Positions 9,728 to 18,958 of a stretch of DNA of 64,000 bases are shown here, in pieces. The stretch is from Thermodesulfobacteriota bacterium. Lineage in GTDB: Bacteria; Desulfobacterota; Binatia; Bin18. Where the stretch lies: assembly GCA_964291405.2 (NCBI GenBank), contig OZ219926.1, positions 2,976,001 through 3,040,000 of the forward strand. The letters are read 5' to 3'. Within the stretch, counting starts at the first letter, position 1; each line of letters opens with the position of its first letter. The position numbers and the translations under genes are program-made. The notes beneath the pieces were generated by a model that saw only the letters and a list, made by a program, of their open reading frames with translations, was not told where the DNA came from and did not search any database.

Positions 9728-9791
9728 ATAGTACTAATAAGAGAGTTTATTGTCAATTAAGCACAATATTTATTCTCATAAAACTCTCTTA
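9728..9791 (-). promoter_or_regulatory. Sigma70 promoter with inverted-repeat operator
   Basis: Minus strand TTGACA(9756-9751)-17 bp-TACTAT(9733-9728); 11-bp inverted repeat TAAGAGAGTTT (9738-9748) / AAACTCTCTTA (9781-9791). Confidence 0.7.
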
Positions 9792-9871
9792 ATACTCCCC
9801 CTCAGGCAGACATAACAGTTCAGCGGGTTGGAACAGCGGCCTATCACAGGAAGACGGGGCGGTGTCCGAAA

Positions 9872-9900
9872 TTGACAGACTCACCGGAAGATTTTATAGC
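9872..9900 (+). promoter_or_regulatory. Sigma70 promoter, copy 2 (likely also drives the dnd operon)
   Basis: TTGACA-17 bp-TATAGC, identical to 8643-8671. Confidence 0.7.
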
Positions 9901-9925
9901 GGAGGACTGAAGGGAGAGGGGCGGT

Positions 9926-10246
9926 ATGGCCGGCCAACCAAATATCCATAAGAAGATGGATAAAATTCTGCAAAAGCTGACGACGCTGGAAGCGAACGAC
10001 AAGGGACTGGCCAAGCAGACCAACTACCTGGCGCAACTGGTCGTGCTAGCCAAGCAGGACTCTGCCCGCCAACATCAGGAGTCCCAGACGCTGTTGCACG
10101 ACATGGGGCAAATGCTCTTGGAAGTCAGAAAATCCTCGGTCCAGACTGAGTCGATGGTACACGATGTGGGGCAAATGCTCTTGGAAGTCAGAAAAATCTC
10201 ATCTCGAACCGAGGGGAGATACTCGCGGAAACGCGCAGGGGTGTAG
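9926..10246 (+). CDS. Coiled-coil hypothetical protein, copy 2
   Basis: Heptad-like sequence with internal repeat HD(M/V)GQMLLEVRK x2; GGAG RBS; 3' end frameshifted relative to copy 1. Confidence 0.6.
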   Translation: MAGQPNIHKKMDKILQKLTTLEANDKGLAKQTNYLAQLVVLAKQDSARQHQESQTLLHDMGQMLLEVRKSSVQTESMVHDVGQMLLEVRKISSRTEGRYSRKRAGV

Positions 10247-10328
10247 CTTAATAAATACCGCGTTGGTAGAAAAATCTTGTTAAGAAAATCCGTCAGTCCG
10301 AAAAGGTGAGGGGAACTATTTTAGGACA

Positions 10329-11621
10329 ATGGACATGAACACATACGAAGATATTAAGAGCGCGTTACGACAGCTCTACCTAGAGGACGACCGGCCTTGG
10401 CTTGTGGGGTTTAGTGGAGGGAAGGACAGCACCATGCTCGCCTCGCTCATCTTCGAGACTGTCCTTTCGTTTCCAATAGAAAGACGAACAAAACCCATCT
10501 CCGTCCTTTGCACAGATACCCGAGTCGAAATCCCTGCCATTGTTGAAATGGTCGAAGGAACCCTGGAGAAGATGCGCAAGTGTTCGGAAAAGAACAACAT
10601 GCGTATAGATGTCAATCTCCTTCGCCCTCCCGCTGACCAGTCATTTTGGGTCAACATTATTGGGCGTGGGTATCCTCCGCCGAATCGTGTCTTTCGCTGG
10701 TGCACACAGCGCATGAAGATTGATCCGGTTACTACCTTTGTTCAGCAACGTCTCGGTCATTGGGGCGAGGCAATTCTCCACCTTGGTGCACGACGTGCCG
10801 AGAGTAGCAGCCGGGCGCAGACAATGGCGGGCCGTGAATCACGAAACGGACTTCATCGTCACCCGAACTTGCCTCGGGTGTGGGTGTCCAATCCAATCGA
10901 GTTTCTGAGTACGGACGAGGTATGGACCTATTTATTGCAAAATCCGAATCCATGGGGGACAAACAATCGCTCTTTGTTTGCGCTCTATGCACGAAGCGGC
11001 GACTGTCCGATCCAAATTGACACGAGTACCCCGAGCTGCGGCAAGAGCCGGTTCGGCTGTTGGACCTGTACGGTTGTCGAGCGTGATAAGGCAAGCGAAG
11101 GCTTACTTGCGAGTGGTGACGAACGTATGGAAGACCTGATCGAATTCAGGGAGACGCTTATACGCTATCGTGACCCGGAGAACGGAAAGCGAGACATGAA
11201 GCGGATGAACGGAAGCGATGGCCCTGGTCCGCTTACTATGACTGCTCGTCGTGAATTGTTGACCCAACTCCTCAAATTACAGGAGCAGACCGGCCTGAAA
11301 GTTATCAGCGAGGATGAATTGTTTCTTATTCAAAAGCATTGGAAAGCCGCCCGTCAACCCGATGATGGCGGTGGTGTAGGACGCATTGTCACTCGTCAGA
11401 GAGGAATCATCATGAAGGACTGGAAGGAAGTAAACCAGTTGCGGGACCTGGAGGAGGAGGTCGTAGCTGAGAAAGGCATCCGTGCAGATACCTTACGGCG
11501 TCTGCTTGCAAAAGTTGAAGAATACAGCGAGCGCCATCGTGCCTATGGCTTACCGGATGATATGCTGAACATCCTGAAAGACGATATGGAGCACGAAAAG
11601 GAAGCGCTCGAAGATGCCTGA
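10329..11621 (+). CDS. dndC: DNA phosphorothioation sulfurtransferase DndC (PAPS-reductase family)
   Basis: PP-loop SGGKDS, GRGYPPPNRVFRWCT, Cys cluster CPIQ...SCGKSRFGCWTCTVV. Confidence 0.93.
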   Translation: MDMNTYEDIKSALRQLYLEDDRPWLVGFSGGKDSTMLASLIFETVLSFPIERRTKPISVLCTDTRVEIPAIVEMVEGTLEKMRKCSEKNNMRIDVNLLRPPADQSFWVNIIGRGYPPPNRVFRWCTQRMKIDPVTTFVQQRLGHWGEAILHLGARRAESSSRAQTMAGRESRNGLHRHPNLPRVWVSNPIEFLSTDEVWTYLLQNPNPWGTNNRSLFALYARSGDCPIQIDTSTPSCGKSRFGCWTCTVVERDKASEGLLASGDERMEDLIEFRETLIRYRDPENGKRDMKRMNGSDGPGPLTMTARRELLTQLLKLQEQTGLKVISEDELFLIQKHWKAARQPDDGGGVGRIVTRQRGIIMKDWKEVNQLRDLEEEVVAEKGIRADTLRRLLAKVEEYSERHRAYGLPDDMLNILKDDMEHEKEALEDA

Positions 11622-13677
11622 CGTCTATATTGACGAACTCACGCTGGAGAATTTCGGCCCTTATTATGGTGAGCACACTTTCAATTTCGGCACAGTAGAG
11701 GACCGTTGTGGCATTCTTATCGGTGGTAAGAATGGCGCAGGAAAAACGCACTTACTCCGGGCGCTGTATCTCGCAGTCGTCGGAGAAGCTGGCGTTGGGG
11801 ATCTCAAAAAAGTAGAGCCGGCCTCCGAAGCGACACGGTTTATATTTGAGAGGTCGCTGAACCGGCGGGCTCAAGCAGAAGGTAAAGATACCGTTCGGCT
11901 TCAAGTCAAGATTTCCCAAATCGGTGAGACAGGCGGTGGGAGTCGAAAGGCCGTACTGGTTAGGGAGATTCGTCACCGACCATCCGGACCAAAATGGTCC
12001 TCCTATGCAGACCGCATGGACGGGTCTGGGCGAATTGAAGAGGAAAAGCACTTATCCAAACTCCGAGATACACTCCTTCCTCGGCATTTGGCTCGATTTT
12101 TTTTCTTCGACGCGGAGCGGGGTCAAAATTTCAACCTGGGGCAACAGGAAATCGTTGAAGGTATTAGCCGCATATTGGGGCTATGGTCTTACGACGAACT
12201 TGAAACCGACTTGCGCAATCTGATTCAGAATAAAATTCCGCGTGTGTTCAATGCTTCCGGGGAATATGAAGCGGCACAGAAACTTGCCGATATATCTGGA
12301 CAGATCGTCACGACAGAGAAGAAGCTCATCGCCCTGAAGGACGAGTTAAAAAGCACTGAACTTGAGCTGTCTGAAAACCAAACGGAACTCGATGAAGTGG
12401 AGGAGCAGCTCAAGAGCATTGGAGCTGTTGACCCTCAAGAATTAAATCGAGCACAGGCAGCTCGAACGGAGTTGGCGGAAACCAAGGCTAAGCTCGAAAC
12501 CGAGCTAACATCGGCATGGGAACAAGCCATGCCAGTAGCCCTGATGGGGGGCTACCGTAATGAACTGCACAATGACCTTATTCGAGAAGAGAAACGTAGA
12601 GAATGGGAGAGTAGTCGGGCGACAGTTGAGCCAAAGATTCCTCAGGTAAAGCAAGATGTTTTTGAGAAAGTGCCATCTGAGTACCGATTAGCGGACGATG
12701 TTTGCGCCTTCTATGCTGATCGTTTAGAGCACGCCCTCCATCGTTTATTTCACCCACCACCTGAAGGAATGGCAGAAAGCATCTTTATAACAGACCGCAA
12801 TGACCGGAGTGCTCAGATTCGAGACCGGTTGAAGACTGGAACAAATTCTTTACCGGGTGTCACAGAGCTATGTGAACAAGTGGAATCTATTGACGCGGAT
12901 CTACGGGAAATTGATGGAAGAATCAGACAACTTAAGCAAGACACCGGAACGATGGAACTTGGGGCAGAGCTTCATAAGCGGCGCGGAGAGTTGACAACAC
13001 AGTACGGTCATTTGGAGAACAAAAAGAAAGAGATAGAACAACGGATCGTGACACTTGAAGGCGATCTTCAGGAGCAGAAACGTGAGGAGACAAACCTGAC
13101 GAACTTGGCGACAAAAGCACGGCAGGGTAAAAACCTGACTGCATTAGCGGCGTCTTATCGTGAGGCGACAAAAGAGATCCGCGTTCGTGCCGCTGAACAG
13201 CTTCGGCGGAGAATTTCCGAGTATGTTGGAGAATTGTGGACAGAAATCACGGAACGCCAGCGAGAATTCTTGGGAATGGAATTTGATAAGAACTGGAACT
13301 GCTTGCTGCTCGGCCGCAACGGCGAAAAGTTGTCCTGGGAAGGAGCGAATACATCAGCCGGTCAGCGACAGGTACGTATGTTAGCCTTTTACGAGGCACT
13401 TCGCCGCCTGGCGAAGGTCGCACCGCCATTAGTCGTTGATACTCCCCTGGGCCGCCTCGATAAGGAAGTCAAAGATAGTGTGCTTGATAGACTGTATTTA
13501 ACAGGACACCAGACTATCTTTCTGACTACGAATTCAGAAGTTGATCCTAGTGGGCCTTTGTTTGAAAGGCTTCGAGGCAGATTTGGACGCATGTATACCT
13601 TGCACCCATACGGTCAAGAGGACAGCGATAACTATGAAGTACGCGTAACTAACGACTACTTCGGGAGTAGGCCATGA
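11614..13677 (+). CDS. dndD: DNA sulfur modification SMC-like ATPase DndD
   Basis: LENFGPYYG, Walker A GKNGAGKT, FFFFDAE, long coiled coil, signature SAGQRQ, Walker B VVDTPLGRLD. Confidence 0.92.
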   Translation: MPDVYIDELTLENFGPYYGEHTFNFGTVEDRCGILIGGKNGAGKTHLLRALYLAVVGEAGVGDLKKVEPASEATRFIFERSLNRRAQAEGKDTVRLQVKISQIGETGGGSRKAVLVREIRHRPSGPKWSSYADRMDGSGRIEEEKHLSKLRDTLLPRHLARFFFFDAERGQNFNLGQQEIVEGISRILGLWSYDELETDLRNLIQNKIPRVFNASGEYEAAQKLADISGQIVTTEKKLIALKDELKSTELELSENQTELDEVEEQLKSIGAVDPQELNRAQAARTELAETKAKLETELTSAWEQAMPVALMGGYRNELHNDLIREEKRREWESSRATVEPKIPQVKQDVFEKVPSEYRLADDVCAFYADRLEHALHRLFHPPPEGMAESIFITDRNDRSAQIRDRLKTGTNSLPGVTELCEQVESIDADLREIDGRIRQLKQDTGTMELGAELHKRRGELTTQYGHLENKKKEIEQRIVTLEGDLQEQKREETNLTNLATKARQGKNLTALAASYREATKEIRVRAAEQLRRRISEYVGELWTEITERQREFLGMEFDKNWNCLLLGRNGEKLSWEGANTSAGQRQVRMLAFYEALRRLAKVAPPLVVDTPLGRLDKEVKDSVLDRLYLTGHQTIFLTTNSEVDPSGPLFERLRGRFGRMYTLHPYGQEDSDNYEVRVTNDYFGSRP

Positions 13678-15230
13678 GGTTTAAGCCGAGCCTTGCTACT
13701 GAGGAATTTATAGAAAAAGTTCACCAACAAGTTGGAGCACGCAACAAAGCCGTTTTAGGCCGTTCGGCTCTTTTTCTGGCTCTTGGGGAGGGCGTTCGGC
13801 CTGGTTTTAAGCCTGAGAATTCTCAAGGAAAAGACCTTGATGATGAAATCGTGATTAACGATGAACTGCGCGATGTTGTGCGGGCAGCACTCAATCATCG
13901 TGCAGGAAAAACATTGAGCGAGAGTGAGTATCGCAGATCATTCCGGAAACATTTTGAATATGGCTGTCAACGATTAAAAGAAATCTGGGAGGAGTCGAGA
14001 AACGATCAGACACGCTTTGTCGCCGCTCTACTCAAAATTACCAGCCCTGACTTTGGTGAGAGTCGGAAAACTCACGTTACACCCACACCCGTAGTAGAGC
14101 AAATAGTAGAGCAAGAGGTTAAACTAAAGGTATTGGCTGAGACTCCTGAATGGAGCATCAATGGTCCAGGTACGAAGAACGGGCTTCTCGTCATTTCCGG
14201 TGAACCAGGTTCAGGCAAGAGCCAACTTGCTCTTGATCTCCTCGCCCAGTTGTCCAGTCAGGGGGTGCGTTTTGTTTTCTTCGACCTTAAAGGCGAATTA
14301 GAAGACGACCCGAATAATCCTCAGCAGCGCAAGAATCGGACACAATTCTTACAACAGACCGGAGCACACCACATACGGCTCATTCAGCAAAGCTTACCCA
14401 TCAATCCACTCTACCGCTCCCCAGACCCGACTCGAAACGCTCAGATTGCCTATGAGATTGCCGGTTTAATTCGCTGCTTCGCGCGCCAACTCGGTGCGAA
14501 ACAAGAGCGGAGTATTAGCGATACATATCAGCAACTTCCGACTCCTGACTTCTCATCTCTCGCCCTCCAACTTGAGCAAAATGGTTCAGAGGGCGTAGAT
14601 TTAGCCATCATACAAAAGATCAATCGACTCAACATATTTGCCAATGCCTCAAGTTCGCTTGGTCTTGAGGAAGGACTCAATAATTCAGCCGTTAGAAACT
14701 TACTCAACCAGGAAAAGACGACCATCAGTCTGGAGGAGTGGCTCAACAGTTCAATAGTGATTGACTTCAAAGACATGGGGAACGATAGCGAAACCAAGGC
14801 ATTGATTGTCGCACTTATCTTGAATTTCCTAATGAAGCATCTGAATCAGAATCTTGCCGTGAAGAATAACATCCAACCTATCAAAATGGTGCTTTTTGTG
14901 GACGAGGCTCATCTTTTGCTGCCAAAAGAAGGCAGGGCAGGTTTACTCGGTTCCCTTGCGCGTCAGGGTCGTTCATGGGGATTCCCGGTGTGGCTCGCCT
15001 CTCAGGACGCCGATGCTTTTGTGACAACGGGCGATCACGCGACCAACTTTGCTGAGCTTGCGGAGTGCGGAGTACACTTTTCGCCGCATACGCTAAGTGA
15101 TGCACAGCAGAGGAAAGTGCTTGGGGGAGTCATTCGTCGCGAATTGAAAAAGGCTGAAGCTGCTTTACGTTTGCAAGGCAACCTTACAGTGGCGTCGGCG
15201 AGGCAGTTTTGGAAGGATCAAGGCAGTTAG
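13674..15230 (+). CDS. dndE: DndE domain fused to HerA/FtsK-like ATPase (DndEi-type)
   Basis: N-terminal ~120 aa DndE-like (NKAVLGRSALFLAL); C-terminal GEPGSGKS, FFDLKGE, LFVDEAH, RQGRSWG; ATGA overlap with dndD. Confidence 0.8.
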   Translation: MRFKPSLATEEFIEKVHQQVGARNKAVLGRSALFLALGEGVRPGFKPENSQGKDLDDEIVINDELRDVVRAALNHRAGKTLSESEYRRSFRKHFEYGCQRLKEIWEESRNDQTRFVAALLKITSPDFGESRKTHVTPTPVVEQIVEQEVKLKVLAETPEWSINGPGTKNGLLVISGEPGSGKSQLALDLLAQLSSQGVRFVFFDLKGELEDDPNNPQQRKNRTQFLQQTGAHHIRLIQQSLPINPLYRSPDPTRNAQIAYEIAGLIRCFARQLGAKQERSISDTYQQLPTPDFSSLALQLEQNGSEGVDLAIIQKINRLNIFANASSSLGLEEGLNNSAVRNLLNQEKTTISLEEWLNSSIVIDFKDMGNDSETKALIVALILNFLMKHLNQNLAVKNNIQPIKMVLFVDEAHLLLPKEGRAGLLGSLARQGRSWGFPVWLASQDADAFVTTGDHATNFAELAECGVHFSPHTLSDAQQRKVLGGVIRRELKKAEAALRLQGNLTVASARQFWKDQGS

Positions 15231-15232
15231 CT

Positions 15233-16303
15233 ATGGCTAAGAAACCTCAATCAGAGAAATTTTTAGATTCCATACCCGCCCTTGAGGTCTTACAGGGTGA
15301 GACGACTTTCTACTTATTTGCAATTTCAGCAAAGAAACTTCTTCGAATAGCTTACACTTCCGAGAGGACCCAGTATAACCGAGAAGGAATTCAGCGTGGC
15401 CTACGTCCCGACCGCCTTAGAGATATTGGTAAATTTCTCACTGCAAACGGCTCAAATCCACCGCTCCTGCCCAACGCCATAATCATCAGCCTTAGTTCAA
15501 AGAGTTATTACAAAGATGGTCGCCTTCATATTCGCGAATGTCCTTCCGGGGAAGCGTTCGTCATTGATGGCCAACATCGTCTCTGGGCGTTCGATCCACA
15601 ATATTCAGGAGAAGCCGACCTTGATGTCGTCGTAACCGCCTTCATAGATCTTGACGACTCCGGTAAGGCATCCATCTTTCGGTCTATCAACGGGAATCAG
15701 AGAAAAATCAATCCTTCGCTAGTCTATGATCTCATTCCGATGTTGCGCAACCAGGAAACGGTAGCCTTCGAAGACAGGAGATGCCGAGACCTCGTTGCGC
15801 TTCTTAATGAAGAGACTCCTGACTCTCCATGGAAGAATCGTATTAGTATGGTGGGTGGTGGGAACCGCATAATAAGTCAGTCGTCGTTTATTTCCGCGCT
15901 CAAAAAACTCTTTAAGAAAGATCACCTTTTCGCCAGTAAAAACTCAGACTTCTTTGAGCAACGTATTCAGCATGACCTCTTACTTGAATATTTCAAAGCA
16001 ATTCAAAGTTCATATTCTGTTCAATGGGACAATAAGGCATTCTTTCTGTGCAAATATGTTGGAGTATCTGCGTTACTGAATCTCCTTGAACGTATTATTG
16101 CGGATCTCAAAGAAAATGGCATACCTGTTAGCGATAAGAACGGACTCTGCATAGACAAAATGACCTTCGCACCATACGTAAAAAAACTGAAACAATTCTC
16201 TTTCAGTACCGCTGAGGAGAAGGAAAAAGGTATCACTTACGTAGGCGAGGGTGGAATTCGTGAACTAACTAAGCGGGTGATTTCTCTCGTATTTCCCTCC
16301 TGA
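15233..16303 (+). CDS. DGQHR-domain protein (DndB/ParB-Srx superfamily)
   Basis: IQRGL...PNAIII...VIDGQHRL...FRSINGNQRKINPSLVYDL. Confidence 0.9.
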   Translation: MAKKPQSEKFLDSIPALEVLQGETTFYLFAISAKKLLRIAYTSERTQYNREGIQRGLRPDRLRDIGKFLTANGSNPPLLPNAIIISLSSKSYYKDGRLHIRECPSGEAFVIDGQHRLWAFDPQYSGEADLDVVVTAFIDLDDSGKASIFRSINGNQRKINPSLVYDLIPMLRNQETVAFEDRRCRDLVALLNEETPDSPWKNRISMVGGGNRIISQSSFISALKKLFKKDHLFASKNSDFFEQRIQHDLLLEYFKAIQSSYSVQWDNKAFFLCKYVGVSALLNLLERIIADLKENGIPVSDKNGLCIDKMTFAPYVKKLKQFSFSTAEEKEKGITYVGEGGIRELTKRVISLVFPS

Positions 16304-16304
16304 T

Positions 16305-17291
16305 ATGACCACAGTAATTGCTTCTCATTCACCTGATACTAAATCTATGCTGAGTCACACTTGGCTTCTGGACGACCAGAAGGTGGCTCTCGTATCTGCA
16401 CCATTCGCAGCAAATAGGACATCCGTCTCTGCTCATCTTAGTGGTTGGCTAGTAGAGAATAATTACCAGGATGACGTGAAGAAGAGTGGCCTCTATATTG
16501 AAGACCCCCAAATTACTGTCTGCCTCATGAATCAAGCGTTGGAGTTTCTTCAGAGAGCCATGGGGAACACCGTGGCCCATTATGTGCTCGCAAAGAAGGG
16601 CCTAGAAACATGGGCGCGCGTCACGAATTACTATGCGGGCTATTTCTCTGTTTGTGGCTTGCTTTGTCTTCAGGGGCGAACGATTACAAGGCTATCGCTA
16701 GATAAATCGCCAGATAAAAAGACTACAGTTCAGGTAGTGCCTGTTAATTTACACGGTCATATTTTTGGCATAACGCCCTTTGTGCCGAAGAAGTCCCAAC
16801 ACGAAGTCCCATGGAATCGATTCTATGATATCTATGACCGCTACGCAGTCTCGCACCAAGCTTACGAGATTGTCGCGAGGAGGGCGCATACTACTGAGCC
16901 AGCCGATGAGTCCATCGAAAGGAACTCGATTAACTACACACCATTTGTTGGCTTTAACGAGATCCAGGACTTAAATCGCCGTCAAGGGTTCACAAACCTT
17001 TTCGAAGAATACCTATCCACCCTAGAAGGAAAGACTACCCTAGAAGCATTTCTAGTTGATCTTCAAGGCTACGCGACAGACACAGACTGCAAATATTTTG
17101 CCAGAACCTTACTGAGGTTAGCGCTCGCTGGAGATATTCTATTGGCACTCCGGGAAGTTAGTAATGCTTTAGAAGGAGCGTGGGCTTCCATGACGAGAAA
17201 ATGGGAGAGCTTCTTAAGTACGATATTCGCTGAAATAGATAATTGCTACTTGCTACGCTTCGTTCCCCTTATTGGGACTAGCCCGAACTGA
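16305..17291 (+). CDS. Uncharacterised protein with HEPN-like motifs
   Basis: WARVTNYYAGYFS (HEPN N-terminal YYAxF-like helix), KKSQHE, ERNSINY (R-x4-Y); starts 1 nt after the DGQHR stop. Confidence 0.55.
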   Translation: MTTVIASHSPDTKSMLSHTWLLDDQKVALVSAPFAANRTSVSAHLSGWLVENNYQDDVKKSGLYIEDPQITVCLMNQALEFLQRAMGNTVAHYVLAKKGLETWARVTNYYAGYFSVCGLLCLQGRTITRLSLDKSPDKKTTVQVVPVNLHGHIFGITPFVPKKSQHEVPWNRFYDIYDRYAVSHQAYEIVARRAHTTEPADESIERNSINYTPFVGFNEIQDLNRRQGFTNLFEEYLSTLEGKTTLEAFLVDLQGYATDTDCKYFARTLLRLALAGDILLALREVSNALEGAWASMTRKWESFLSTIFAEIDNCYLLRFVPLIGTSPN

Positions 17292-17412
17292 GTCCTGCCA
17301 CTAGTGAACCTGATGAAGCTTCCTCGGGTCACAGGTCTCAAACCTTTCTATCTCTAATCGGACATTATTGATCCCGCTTGGGTAATATTCTTGGTGACAG
17401 AGGGAAGTTAGG

Positions 17413-17694
17413 ATGAAGCTCGATGTCGTTGACGCCTGTTTTATCGGGGTAGCAGCCCGGTCACATGGAAAAATCCAAGCCGGAGAGGGGTTGGTGAGCA
17501 AAATGCTCGTGGAATGTGATGAGCAGGGCGTAGCACTCCCCGACCCGGAGGAAAAAGCGCTGTACCGGATTTGTAGAGATGGAGAGGACGCCTCTCCACT
17601 GACAGAAGCGATGACGCTCGAAGCGCATCAGGCACTCATCAACCTTTTGCTGAGAGGTCGGGAAGGGATAGGGGGGAAGTTGGCTGAGCTATGA
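17413..17694 (+). CDS. Hypothetical protein, paralog of 19148..19411
   Basis: High similarity to 19148..19411 (ACFIG.A.RSHGK.QAGE.LVS.MLVECDE...LYRICRD). Confidence 0.55.
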   Translation: MKLDVVDACFIGVAARSHGKIQAGEGLVSKMLVECDEQGVALPDPEEKALYRICRDGEDASPLTEAMTLEAHQALINLLLRGREGIGGKLAEL

Positions 17695-17710
17695 AAATCG
17701 GTAAATCCGG

Positions 17711-18919
17711 TCATGCTTTCAGCCAGTCCCCAACGGGTTTCAACAGGAATGCCTCAAGGTCGATGCCGTCGCCCCCGACGAGCAGCTTACGCGTGGGTCG
17801 AAACGCCTCGGAAAAGGCCGCCATGCCCGCCAGCGTATCAACCGCGCGCCCGCTCTTGACCTCAATAGCAACCAGGCTGTTGCCGGCACGGACGACGAAA
17901 TCCACCTCACGGTTACGCTCACGCCAGTAATAGGCTTGGCACTCACCTACGGCCGCGGCGTTGGCCAGATGCGCGCCAACCGCGGACTCGACCAGGCGTC
18001 CCCAAAAGGCAGGGTCTTGGCGGGCCTGCCTGAGTGTCATGCCGGCCTGGGCCGTGATCAGAGCAGTGTTGAAGACCTGGAGCTTGGGGCTCGACGCCCG
18101 CCGCCGCGCTACGCCTCCGGCGTATTTTTGCAGGCCGGTGACCAGACCCGCACCGGACAAGAGGTCGAGGTAATGGGCCAAGGTGGTCGCGTTGCCGGCA
18201 TCTTGGAGCTGGCCGAGCATCTTGGTGTAGGACAGAATCTGTCCGGAGTAGGCGCAGCTCAGTTCAAGCAGTCTGCGTAGCAAAGCCGGCTTGTCGACGC
18301 GAGAGAGGAGCAGCACGTCGCGGGAGATGACAGGTTCAATAAGCGCGTCGCGGACGTAGCGCGCCCAGCGGACCGGCTGTCGGATGAGCGGGGCCGCGCC
18401 GGGATACGCACCGTAGAAGAGGTAGTGCTCCAGAGACCAGCCAAATGTCTGTTGCATTTCGGCAAGGCTCCAGTGCGGCAGACGCACCATCTCGAAACGT
18501 CCGGCCAGGCTCTCGCTCAGGCCGCGCTCGACCAGGAGTGGCGCCGAGCCGAGCAAAACGACCTTGAGCGGACGGCCTATGCGAGTGTCAGCATCCCACA
18601 GGTGCTTCACCGTCTCCGACCAGCCCGTGACCTTCTGCACCTCGTCGAGAACCAGGAGCGCCCCGTCCGTATCTGCCGCATCGGTGAGACTCCGCGCGGC
18701 CTCCCACTGCTGTTCAATCCACTGGACGCCGCGTAAAGTCGGCTCGTCCGCACTGGCATAGCGGGTCGGCAGGCCGGACTGCCTTGCGGCCTGCCCCGCC
18801 AGCGTCGTCTTGCCGACCTGCCGGGCACCGGCAACGACCTGGATAAAACGACGCGGCTCCAGCAGCCGGCTGGTCAACTCTTTGGCCTGGAGACGAGTAT
18901 AGCCGGACAATTTGCTCAT
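17711..18919 (-). CDS. AAA+ ATPase, AAA_14/DUF4143 family with C-terminal PD-(D/E)xK-like domain
   Basis: GARQVGKT, LDEVQK, SESLAGR, REVDFV...AIEVKSG. Confidence 0.9.
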   Translation of the reverse strand: MSKLSGYTRLQAKELTSRLLEPRRFIQVVAGARQVGKTTLAGQAARQSGLPTRYASADEPTLRGVQWIEQQWEAARSLTDAADTDGALLVLDEVQKVTGWSETVKHLWDADTRIGRPLKVVLLGSAPLLVERGLSESLAGRFEMVRLPHWSLAEMQQTFGWSLEHYLFYGAYPGAAPLIRQPVRWARYVRDALIEPVISRDVLLLSRVDKPALLRRLLELSCAYSGQILSYTKMLGQLQDAGNATTLAHYLDLLSGAGLVTGLQKYAGGVARRRASSPKLQVFNTALITAQAGMTLRQARQDPAFWGRLVESAVGAHLANAAAVGECQAYYWRERNREVDFVVRAGNSLVAIEVKSGRAVDTLAGMAAFSEAFRPTRKLLVGGDGIDLEAFLLKPVGDWLKA

Positions 18920-18924
18920 GATAC

Positions 18925-18958
18925 TGAGTAATTTTACTCAAGAGAATGAGTAGGTCAA
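18925..18958 (-). promoter_or_regulatory. Promoter with overlapping palindromic operator for the AAA ATPase gene
   Basis: TTGACC-16 bp-TAAAAT on minus strand; palindrome TGAGTAA-TT-TTACTCA at 18925-18940. Confidence 0.55.

Noticed and set aside
6561-11621. selA/tRNA-Sec next to the dnd operon, suggesting selenium (phosphoroselenoate) DNA modification or a selenocysteine-containing DndC
   Set aside because: DndC has ordinary Cys codons and no in-frame TGA, and no selD is present. Proximity is more simply explained by an insertion hotspot.
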